Shown here piece by piece: positions 46,157 to 54,296 of a DNA stretch of 64,000 bases. This DNA comes from an uncultured Prolixibacteraceae bacterium (lineage in GTDB: Bacteria > Bacteroidota > Bacteroidia > Bacteroidales > FEN-979): contig CAZXQU010000001.1 in the NCBI GenBank assembly GCA_964642545.1, positions 37,171-101,170 of the forward strand, read 5' to 3'. A program made the position numbers and the translations under genes. A model generated the notes under the pieces. That model made no database searches and had not been told where the DNA came from. It was given only the letters and a program-made list of their open reading frames with translations. Position 1 is the stretch's first letter. The number at the start of each line of letters is the position of its first letter.

Positions 46157-46732
46157 TTACTTCGAGGTTTCTTTAACCCGGATATCTCCCAGCAACACAT
46201 CCCAGAAGCCAATCATGCGACCACCGATCTGTGTCTCTTTACGTTTGACATATACTGTGATATCTTTTTTTGTGGTATCCTCGTATACGAGTCCTTTCTC
46301 TTTGTCATAACCCTGAAAACGCTGGAAAACCGTGATCACCCCAACATAGGTCCCGTCGGGCTGACGCTCCAGATCACTGACATACTGAATCTTATACCAT
46401 TCGATCACTACCCGATCGTAATTGAGTTGCATCAACCGGTCAAAGTACTCACGGATTTTATAATAGTGAACTTCAGGTTTGGCCAGAGATGAAACACCCA
46501 TTTCACTTCCAGGCATAAAAAGTTCAACAGCCCGTTCGATCACTCGCTGAGCTTCGGACCAAGGGGTATCTTTATTCCCGATGATACTGACATATTTACT
46601 CAAATCCCTGACTTTTTCAAGTGCCAGGCTATCGATTGCCTGTTTTCGTTGTGGTGAGAGATCATCATTTCCCTGTGCAAACAGGCCTGCTGATAACACA
46701 ATCAGGCCAACTATTACCATTGTTCGTTTCAT
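46157..46732 (-). CDS. secreted hypothetical protein
   Basis: It has a signal peptide (MKRTMVIVGLIVLSAGLFAQ). The segment YYKIREYFDRLMQLNYDRVVIEWYKIQYVSDL resembles LYKDVQAYLTDVDFFFKGAKFEYQVQDVSVM in the N-domain of the LRR protein. Confidence 0.6.
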   Translation of the reverse strand: MKRTMVIVGLIVLSAGLFAQGNDDLSPQRKQAIDSLALEKVRDLSKYVSIIGNKDTPWSEAQRVIERAVELFMPGSEMGVSSLAKPEVHYYKIREYFDRLMQLNYDRVVIEWYKIQYVSDLERQPDGTYVGVITVFQRFQGYDKEKGLVYEDTTKKDITVYVKRKETQIGGRMIGFWDVLLGDIRVKETSK

Positions 46733-46736
46733 GAAT

Positions 46737-47552
46737 CTACTTTTTAATTAAGTCAAGTTCTTTGATTTTTCCAGCTGTATCCATCTTGTACGAATCCACA
46801 GCATTACGGTTCTCCTTCTGATCTTTCAGAAAGTTCAAGTAATTATTGATGGTTGTTGGTTTATCATAATCCACAATAGATCCTTCGCGGCTGATGATGA
46901 TCAAAACAGGGATGTCGGGCGCCGAGAAGTAATTGAGAGCCCCGTCGATCAGGCTGTTTGCCGTACTGGTATTGCCCGACCGGGCGGCATCGGCAATCGA
47001 CTGAAATGAACTCTCGAGCTTAGTCTTCAGCGACATTTCCCCTGAAGCCATTGTTCTCATATCAGCAATCTTCTTCTCCAATCGCCCAAGCAACTCGTTG
47101 ATCTCGTCATCACCAAGATTTTCAGCCTTAATTTTATTCATTTCCACTTCCAGCTGATCGGCAGTGAGGTTCTGCTTATTGACCAGCAAGTCGTAAAGTT
47201 TGTTTCGGGCAACGGCGACCTTCTGTTCCCTGATCTTAGCCTGTTCGGCATAGGCTTTCTTGCTCACCTGCTGCGCCTGTAAAATAAGCTGGTTCAGCTC
47301 ATTGTCTCCAAAGTTTTTATTGATAGCTTCTGAGATAGCTCTATCCTGTTCTTCAAGGGTCATCGTTGTAGTGCCATCGATAATCCCTCTCATCTGTTTT
47401 TTATACATCTCGATCTGAGCCTTTTTTTCCTTTTTTGTCAGTTTACCAGTCGACTTACAGGAATCAAAGCTCACCGCAACCAGGGCGACGAGGGTGAAGA
47501 CAACAACCTGCTGCCAGCCAAAGGATTTTAATCTGTTTACGATATTTGTCAT
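46737..47552 (-). CDS. membrane-anchored or lipoprotein coiled-coil protein, function unknown
   Basis: An N-terminal hydrophobic segment with Cys (VAVSFDSC) is followed by a long K/E/Q-rich predicted coiled coil. A small C-terminal domain follows (PVLIIISREGSIVDYDKPTTINNYLNFL). Confidence 0.6.
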   Translation of the reverse strand: MTNIVNRLKSFGWQQVVVFTLVALVAVSFDSCKSTGKLTKKEKKAQIEMYKKQMRGIIDGTTTMTLEEQDRAISEAINKNFGDNELNQLILQAQQVSKKAYAEQAKIREQKVAVARNKLYDLLVNKQNLTADQLEVEMNKIKAENLGDDEINELLGRLEKKIADMRTMASGEMSLKTKLESSFQSIADAARSGNTSTANSLIDGALNYFSAPDIPVLIIISREGSIVDYDKPTTINNYLNFLKDQKENRNAVDSYKMDTAGKIKELDLIKK

Positions 47553-47563
47553 GATTCAGTTTA

Positions 47564-48652
47564 TTATGATTTGTAAAATGGAAATTTAACCACTTTTGCT
47601 TTGAGGGCTTTATCCCTGATTTTTATATAGATTTCGCTTCCTTCCTTTGCGAATGCCGGAGGGACATACCCCATACCAATCGCTTTTTTAACGGCGGGAC
47701 CCATCGTTCCACTGGTTACAGTACCTATGACCTCACCTTGATCATCCACAATTTCGTAATCGTGCCGTGGAATTCCCTTGTCGATCATCTCAAAACCAAT
47801 GAGTTTTCTTGATACGCCATCCCGCTTCTGAACTAATAACGCATCCTTATTAATAAAATTTTTCTCATCGGTGAATTTTGTGATCCATCCCAATCCTGCT
47901 TCGAGGGGTGAAGTGGTATCGTTGATGTCATTTCCATAGAGGCAAAAGCCCATCTCAAGTCTCAGAGTGTCTCTGGCAGCAAGACCGATCGGTTTAATCC
48001 CGAATTCGGCGCCGGCTTCCATTACTGCCTTCCAGACATGGGGTCCGTCTTCATTTGCCATGTATATCTCGCAACCTCCCGAACCGGTATAACCCGTAGT
48101 GGAGAGGATTACATCTTTCACTCCTGCAAACGTCACCTTTTTAAATGTATAATACTCCATGTCGAGGATGGGAGTATCCGTAAGTTTCTGCATCGCTTCC
48201 AGGGCTTTGGGCCCCTGAACAGCCAGTTGTGAGATTTCGTCGGAGGCATTATAGAGAGTTGCCCCCATCTTGTTCTGTTTGTTGCACCATGCCCAGTCTT
48301 TGTCAATATTGGAAGCATTGACTACCAGCAAGTATGTCTCTGCATTGATCCTGTATACCAACAGGTCATCCACGATGCCTCCCTGCTCATTCGGAAAACA
48401 GGAGTACTGAACCTTCCCGTCAACAAGCTTTGATGCGTCGTTAGAGGTTACCCACTGAACAAATTCAAGAGCTTTAGGACCTTTTACCCAGAACTCCCCC
48501 ATGTGGGAAACATCAAATAAACCAATACCATTGCGCACGGTTTCATGCTCGGCATTGATGCCTTCATATTGCACCGGCATATAGAAGCCGGCGAATGGGA
48601 CCATTTTGGCACCCATTTCTTCGTGAAATTTTGTAAAAGCAGTATGTTTCAT
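47564..48652 (-). CDS. gcvT: glycine cleavage system aminomethyltransferase (T protein)
   Basis: 362 aa. It has the motifs [10 protein letters not shown] and [11 protein letters not shown] and a C-terminal barrel (...[10 protein letters not shown]). Confidence 0.92.
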   Translation of the reverse strand: MKHTAFTKFHEEMGAKMVPFAGFYMPVQYEGINAEHETVRNGIGLFDVSHMGEFWVKGPKALEFVQWVTSNDASKLVDGKVQYSCFPNEQGGIVDDLLVYRINAETYLLVVNASNIDKDWAWCNKQNKMGATLYNASDEISQLAVQGPKALEAMQKLTDTPILDMEYYTFKKVTFAGVKDVILSTTGYTGSGGCEIYMANEDGPHVWKAVMEAGAEFGIKPIGLAARDTLRLEMGFCLYGNDINDTTSPLEAGLGWITKFTDEKNFINKDALLVQKRDGVSRKLIGFEMIDKGIPRHDYEIVDDQGEVIGTVTSGTMGPAVKKAIGMGYVPPAFAKEGSEIYIKIRDKALKAKVVKFPFYKS

Positions 48653-48692
48653 GTGTAATAATTAGTTGGAAAAGCGATTCAGGAAATCGGTG

Positions 48693-48700
48693 CAAAATTA
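48693..48700 (-). promoter_or_regulatory. -7 box for gcvT and the downstream co-directional gene string
   Basis: The minus strand reads TAATTTTG, 40 nt upstream of the ATG at 48652. Confidence 0.45.
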
Positions 48701-48742
48701 GAAAAAATTATCAGGTATAATGGCGATGTTCATATTATATAA

Positions 48743-48750
48743 TAACTTTG
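48743..48750 (+). promoter_or_regulatory. -7 box for the CapD-like gene (near-leaderless geometry)
   Basis: TAACTTTG ends 6 nt upstream of the ATG at 48757. Confidence 0.4.
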
Positions 48751-48756
48751 TCGGCC

Positions 48757-50619
48757 ATGATAAACCTGCGACAAAACACGCCCCGGTGGCTGATCTTCCT
48801 GATCGACATGTTGATCGTTTTCACTTCTGTGATTATCGCCTATCTCTTACGATTCAATTTCGATATCCCCCAGATTGAACTGGATCCCCTTCCGCAGATT
48901 CTGGCCTATATGATGGCTATCCGGGCTATCACTTTTCTGATCGCAAAATCGTATACCGGCATTGTGAGGCATACAAGTACGGCAGATGCGCTGCGAGTGT
49001 TAGCTACCCTTCTCGCAGGGAGTATCTGTTTTGGGTTTACAAACATCGGCACATATCTTTATAACCACACCTTCTTTATCCCATTCTCCATCATTATTAT
49101 TGACCTGCTGGCAAGTACCTTTGGCATGATCACCTTCAGGATGGTGGTAAAACTCGCCTTCCTGGAATTTCAAAACCCGGTTCGGTCAAAAGTCAATGTG
49201 ATTATATACGGAGCAGGAGAGGGAGGTATTACTGCCAGAAGGGTTCTGGCCCGGGATGCAGGAACCAAATACAAAGTACTTGCTTTCGTTGACGATGACC
49301 CGGCAAAATCAGGAAAAAAACTTGAAGGGATTGACATTATCGGGCCCGAAAAATTGGAGAATTTACTACAGACCAATACGATCGCACATGTGATCCTCTC
49401 GGTACAACGATTTGATCCCGACAAACGGGACTGGTTGGTCGACCTCTGCCTGAATTATAACACGAAGGTACTCACAGTCCCTCCCATGATTCGATGGATT
49501 AACGGAGAGCTGAGCTTTAAACAGATCCGAAAGATCAATATCGAGGAGTTGCTGGAACGGGATGAGATCAATCTCAATGATGAGATGATCTCACAGGAGA
49601 CTTCCGGGAAGGTAATCCTGGTAACCGGCGCATCTGGTTCTATTGGAAGTGAGATTGTTCGCCAGTTGGTCAGATTTCATCCGAAGAAACTGATACTGAT
49701 CGACCAGGCTGAAACCCCGCTACATTTCCTTGAACTGGAATGGATGAATAATTTTCCTGAATCGAAAGTTGAGTTCATCCTCGGCGACATCACCAACGAA
49801 CCAAGGATGAGAGCAGTTTTTGAGTCGGCCAAACCAGATGTTGTATACCATGCTGCCGCCTACAAGCATGTTCCGATGATGGAGGCCAACCCGGTGGAGG
49901 CTATATGGACCAATGTGTTGGGGACGCGTATCATCGCTGATCTGGCTGTGGCAAATGGTGCCTCGAGATTTATCATGATATCTACTGATAAAGCAGTAAA
50001 TCCGACCTCGGTGATGGGGGCCACAAAACGGATGGCCGAAATTTACATCCAGGCGCTCGACGGGAGTGGTGAAACGAGATTCATCACTACCCGATTCGGT
50101 AATGTCCTTGGCTCCAACGGATCAGTGATCCCTTTATTCAGGAACCAGATAGAAAGTGGAGGTCCTATCACTATTACGCATCCCGAGATCACCCGCTACT
50201 TCATGACAATCACCGAAGCGTGTCGCCTGGTTTTGGAAGCAGGTGCCATGGGGAAAGGAGGTGAAATCTTCCTGTTCGACATGGGTAAATCGGTTAAAAT
50301 CCTGGATCTGGCAAAAAAGATGATCCAGCTTTCGGGGCTTACCCTGGGAAAAGATATCCAGATCCGTTACGTAGGGCTTCGTCCGGGCGAAAAACTTTAT
50401 GAAGAGCTGCTGAACAAAGAGGAGAACACGTTGCCTACCCATCATAAGCGAATCCTGATTGCCAAGGTCAGGGCATATGATCTGGAGGAGGTCAAGCGTC
50501 ATAATGCTGAATTAATCGCAATGACAACTACACACACCGACATGGATCTTGTCAGGAAGCTGAAGGAGATAATCCCGGAATACTTAAGCCAGAATTCAGT
50601 GTATGAGGAGTTGGATTAA
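48757..50619 (+). CDS. polysaccharide biosynthesis protein, CapD/WbpM-like membrane-bound NDP-sugar 4,6-dehydratase/epimerase
   Basis: Four N-terminal TM helices are followed by two Rossmann motifs (IYGAGEGG; VTGASGSIGSE) and the SDR catalytic YKHVP (YxxxK). The start is trimmed to ATG 48757. Confidence 0.85.
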   Translation: MINLRQNTPRWLIFLIDMLIVFTSVIIAYLLRFNFDIPQIELDPLPQILAYMMAIRAITFLIAKSYTGIVRHTSTADALRVLATLLAGSICFGFTNIGTYLYNHTFFIPFSIIIIDLLASTFGMITFRMVVKLAFLEFQNPVRSKVNVIIYGAGEGGITARRVLARDAGTKYKVLAFVDDDPAKSGKKLEGIDIIGPEKLENLLQTNTIAHVILSVQRFDPDKRDWLVDLCLNYNTKVLTVPPMIRWINGELSFKQIRKINIEELLERDEINLNDEMISQETSGKVILVTGASGSIGSEIVRQLVRFHPKKLILIDQAETPLHFLELEWMNNFPESKVEFILGDITNEPRMRAVFESAKPDVVYHAAAYKHVPMMEANPVEAIWTNVLGTRIIADLAVANGASRFIMISTDKAVNPTSVMGATKRMAEIYIQALDGSGETRFITTRFGNVLGSNGSVIPLFRNQIESGGPITITHPEITRYFMTITEACRLVLEAGAMGKGGEIFLFDMGKSVKILDLAKKMIQLSGLTLGKDIQIRYVGLRPGEKLYEELLNKEENTLPTHHKRILIAKVRAYDLEEVKRHNAELIAMTTTHTDMDLVRKLKEIIPEYLSQNSVYEELD

Positions 50620-52034
50620 TACTCCTCAATCCTTTCCAGCAACTTCTCCAGATGTTCAGCCGTAGTAAACGGGTTCATCAGTGTGGTGCGCAGGTAAATG
50701 ACACCCCGTAAAGTGGTTTGGACGATATAAAACTCCCCCTCTTCCAGGATTTGTTTCCGTATCAGCGAATTCTTCCTGTTTTGCTCTTCCAATGAGAGTG
50801 ATGAATCATTGAGCCTGAAACAGACAATGTTGGACTGCGGTTCCATCGCCAGTTCAAACCTGTTTCTCCTCTTTATCAGATTGGCAAACTCCCGGGCAAG
50901 ATCATATAATACCGTCACATTTTCGCCAAGGACCTCAACACCGTGAACTTTTACAAGGGTAAAGAACTTCAGACTCATCATCAACTTAGTACATTCAAAC
51001 GTCCGTTGGCCATAATTATACCACTCGGGATCTACATCTTTTTGCCACAGGTACTGTGCATCCTGCTGAAATGTATGATAGGATTGGTCGGCATGTTTAT
51101 ACAACAACGCTGTGGTGAGTGCCGGAGTCATCAACATCTTGTGGCAATCGATCACTACAGAGTCGGCCAAATGAATCCCATTCACCAGGTACTTGTATTT
51201 TTCTGTAAAAATTACGGGTCCGCCATGGGCGCCATCCACATGAAACCAGATGTTCTTGTTGGCTGCAAATGCTGCAATGGCTTCCAGATTGTCATAGGAA
51301 CCTGTGGCAGTGGTGCAGGAGCTTCCAACAACTGCAAATACCTCTTTTCCCTCTGATTTTGCTTTTTGCCATGAATCCTCCAAAAGATCCACCTTCATCT
51401 GAAAATCAGTATTGGTCTCAACAAGGATAATTCCATCAGAACCAAGACCCATGATCCGGGCGGCCCTGTCCACACAGTAATGGGCTTCAGCCGAAACCAT
51501 GATGGACAATTGTTTCCCGTCATTTCCATTCGCCCAGATATTCCTCCCCGAAACCGCCTTCCTTGCAGAAAGCAGAGCCGTGAGGTTGGCAAGGGTCCCA
51601 CCAGAAGTAAAGAAACCATCTCCGTTCTTCCCAAATCCGAGGGCATGTGTAAATACCTGAACGGCCAGTTTCTCCATCGCCGTAGTTACACTCCCCATCT
51701 CATACCCTACCATACCATTATTTACAACACCGGCCAGGAAAGCAGCCAGGGCAGTTACCGGAGCCGTAGGTGTTAACTGGTGCCCCATATATTTTGGATG
51801 AAGCAAATGGATGGATCGGGCGATGATATCATGAAAGAATGGCGTCAGGTCATCTCCCTCAATGGTGTAGTTTTTCCAGAATTCCACCTGTTGGTCAGGT
51901 TCAACCCAATCCAGAACCGGCATATCCTGTCCGGTTTTTGCCTGCTCCATATAATCAGCGAGCAGATCGACCAGTCGATGTCCGTTTTTCCTGAAACTCT
52001 CTGTATTAAAAACGTCTGAAATCGTTGATGCCAT
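50616..52034 (-). CDS. group II pyridoxal-phosphate-dependent amino-acid decarboxylase
   Basis: It has HVDGAHGG and the PLP-lysine motif DCHKML, and its length of 472 aa fits. Substrate (Asp, Glu, DABA or Tyr type) cannot be assigned by eye. Confidence 0.8.
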   Translation of the reverse strand: MASTISDVFNTESFRKNGHRLVDLLADYMEQAKTGQDMPVLDWVEPDQQVEFWKNYTIEGDDLTPFFHDIIARSIHLLHPKYMGHQLTPTAPVTALAAFLAGVVNNGMVGYEMGSVTTAMEKLAVQVFTHALGFGKNGDGFFTSGGTLANLTALLSARKAVSGRNIWANGNDGKQLSIMVSAEAHYCVDRAARIMGLGSDGIILVETNTDFQMKVDLLEDSWQKAKSEGKEVFAVVGSSCTTATGSYDNLEAIAAFAANKNIWFHVDGAHGGPVIFTEKYKYLVNGIHLADSVVIDCHKMLMTPALTTALLYKHADQSYHTFQQDAQYLWQKDVDPEWYNYGQRTFECTKLMMSLKFFTLVKVHGVEVLGENVTVLYDLAREFANLIKRRNRFELAMEPQSNIVCFRLNDSSLSLEEQNRKNSLIRKQILEEGEFYIVQTTLRGVIYLRTTLMNPFTTAEHLEKLLERIEEY

Positions 52035-52056
52035 ATAAAGTTATTAGTTGTTGCAG

Positions 52057-52064
52057 CAAAAATA
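52057..52064 (-). promoter_or_regulatory. -7 box for the PLP decarboxylase gene
   Basis: The minus strand reads TATTTTTG, 22 nt upstream of the ATG at 52034. Confidence 0.5.
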
Positions 52065-52158
52065 ACGAATGTCAGACAGTGTGCAGAAAAACTTTTACAT
52101 TCGTGAAATATTTGGTGATGGAGTGATGGCCACCTTCGCTGAAGCTACGGCGGTTAAA

Positions 52159-52207
52159 GGTGATAGGCGTGATGAAATCGTAATTCATAATTCGTAATTC
52201 GTAATTG
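52159..52207. repeat. morphing heptamer array x7 (core CGTAATT x4 at 52179-52206) upstream of miaA
   Basis: The units are ggtgata ggcgtga tgaaatc gtaattc ataattc gtaattc gtaattg, in constant 7-nt phase. The array ends 5 nt before the miaA ATG at 52213. Confidence 0.85.
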
Positions 52208-52212
52208 ATAAA

Positions 52213-53073
52213 ATGATTGTAATCCTCGGTCCAACAGCATCAGGTAAAACACAACTGGCTACCCGCCTGGCTTTTGAGCAGGACGGGGAGATCATTTCGG
52301 CTGATTCGCGGCAGGTATACAGGGGGATGGATATCGGAACTGGTAAAGACCTGAAAGAATATACAGTGGATGGGAAAGCTATCCCATATCACCTGATCGA
52401 TATTGTGGATCCCGGATATGAGTACAATGTGTATGAGTTTCAGCAGGATTTCCTGAAAGCATACAGCGAAATTATTCAGCGAGGGAAAATCCCGATACTT
52501 TGTGGTGGTACAGGGTTATATATTGAGTCGGTTTTGAAAGGATACCGGCTTCCACGGTTGGAACCCAATCCTGAGTTGGAAGCAATGCTTGCTTCAAAAT
52601 CCACGGAAGAGCTGATGGATCTGTTGAATACTTTACGGGAACAACACAATACAACGGATATCCTCAACCGGAAACGATTGATCAAAGCGATCCGTATCGG
52701 ATTGGAGGAGTCGCGGCAAACCGAACACCACCAGGAATTTCCGGAGATTGAAACCATTATCATTGGAATCGCACCACCCCGGGAGATTATCCGTGAACGA
52801 ATTACCAAACGGTTGCATCATCGTCTTGAACAGGGTATGGTGGAAGAGGTTGAGCGGCTTCTGGCATCAGGCATCAGTCCCGAAACCCTGACGTTTTATG
52901 GATTAGAGTATAAATTTATCACCCTTTATCTTATGAAAGAACTCACCTACGAAGAGATGATGACTCAATTAAATACCGGCATTCACCAGTTTGCCAAACG
53001 GCAGATGACCTGGTTCCGCCGCATGGAACGCAATGGGACGAAAATAGAATGGATTGATCCTTCCTCCTGGTGA
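52213..53073 (+). CDS. miaA: tRNA dimethylallyltransferase
   Basis: It has the P-loop GPTASGKT, ISADSRQVYRGMDIGT, GGTGLY and FAKRQMTWFR. Confidence 0.92.
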   Translation: MIVILGPTASGKTQLATRLAFEQDGEIISADSRQVYRGMDIGTGKDLKEYTVDGKAIPYHLIDIVDPGYEYNVYEFQQDFLKAYSEIIQRGKIPILCGGTGLYIESVLKGYRLPRLEPNPELEAMLASKSTEELMDLLNTLREQHNTTDILNRKRLIKAIRIGLEESRQTEHHQEFPEIETIIIGIAPPREIIRERITKRLHHRLEQGMVEEVERLLASGISPETLTFYGLEYKFITLYLMKELTYEEMMTQLNTGIHQFAKRQMTWFRRMERNGTKIEWIDPSSW

Positions 53074-53079
53074 AAATTG

Positions 53080-54291
53080 CTAGAATGGGAATCCTAAACA
53101 AAAGGTAAGCGGGATTTTCACCCCGGCATTGTTCGGAAAAATGTTTCCGTTAGAATAGTGTCCGATTTTGATTTCAACATTCAGATCTCTTTTTTTTCGA
53201 AAAAACATTCCAATTCCCATGTTGTCCTGAAAAGTAAAATGCTCACCGGTATTCTCGCCATCAATGATTTTTTCTGAGATATAGGTTGGACCTGCCACCG
53301 AATAAAAGAAGTAGAAGTCCAGCGGTTTTGTATGAAACACAGTGAATCGGAGTACCGGATACAGAGATAGGGTATAAAAAAATTTATTTCCCAGATTCGA
53401 TTGCCAACACGAAAAACTTACTCCCCAATCAAAAGAGAACACCTTTACTCCATGGTAAATATTTCGTTGATAGTTGATGGTCAGCCCACGTCTGACTTCA
53501 GCATCCCCACCCCAGAATAACAATATCTTTGACAGAAAATTATTGACCCCATACCCAAAAACATTGGTCGAAAAGCCAACCTGAATCATTTGCTTTGGAA
53601 AAATATATCCTGTTCGTTCAGATTTTTCAACACGTTTTGCTGACAGGGGGAGTAATTGATACGAAAATCCGGTTGAATAGAAGATCGTATGGGGTTGTTT
53701 CGATGCCTTGTTTGGAGGAGTATATGAAGCACTCACCATCAATCCCCAATTTCTATGGAATCGGTACTTCAGCCCTCCCCCAACTAAAAAAGCCATGTTG
53801 GTCGCATCCTTCACAACGGGTTTCAAGGTATAGATATCATCAATCCCATTTCTTGTGACCACGCACACACCAATCTCCCCGTATATTGAAAACCGGTCAT
53901 TTATCGGCAACTGCGGTTTCAATGACAACCCTGCAACATTCATCCAAACTGATCCATGGTCACGAACCAACGAAGAATCATTAATATAGTCGTATTCGGC
54001 CCACATCACAGGGCGCATGTAGGTTATCTGAGCTGAGAGGTATTTGTTAAACTCATGACCAAAGAGGACCAAACGAACTGCCGCATGTGGAACCTTTACA
54101 GATTCCATTGTAAATCCGGGCTCCATACTTGAGTGACCAAACGGATAATTGATATATCCGAGATTGATCTCAACGTATGAATTTCTCAGTACGGATGGAA
54201 ATTGTGCTCGCTTATCCTGACCGGATACAGAAAACACCGATAGGATCGTAAATAAAAGCAGAAGACTATTTATTCCAATTCGGGATATCAA
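53080..54291 (-). CDS. outer-membrane beta-barrel protein with a PagL-like acyloxyacyl hydrolase C-terminal domain
   Basis: A signal peptide is followed by alternating aromatic beta-strand patterns. The C-terminal GHYSNGN (HxSN) resembles the lipid A deacylase catalytic His/Ser motif, and the protein ends ...LGFPF. The family call is from memory. Confidence 0.6.
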   Translation of the reverse strand: MISRIGINSLLLLFTILSVFSVSGQDKRAQFPSVLRNSYVEINLGYINYPFGHSSMEPGFTMESVKVPHAAVRLVLFGHEFNKYLSAQITYMRPVMWAEYDYINDSSLVRDHGSVWMNVAGLSLKPQLPINDRFSIYGEIGVCVVTRNGIDDIYTLKPVVKDATNMAFLVGGGLKYRFHRNWGLMVSASYTPPNKASKQPHTIFYSTGFSYQLLPLSAKRVEKSERTGYIFPKQMIQVGFSTNVFGYGVNNFLSKILLFWGGDAEVRRGLTINYQRNIYHGVKVFSFDWGVSFSCWQSNLGNKFFYTLSLYPVLRFTVFHTKPLDFYFFYSVAGPTYISEKIIDGENTGEHFTFQDNMGIGMFFRKKRDLNVEIKIGHYSNGNIFPNNAGVKIPLTFCLGFPF

Positions 54292-54296
54292 TCTCT

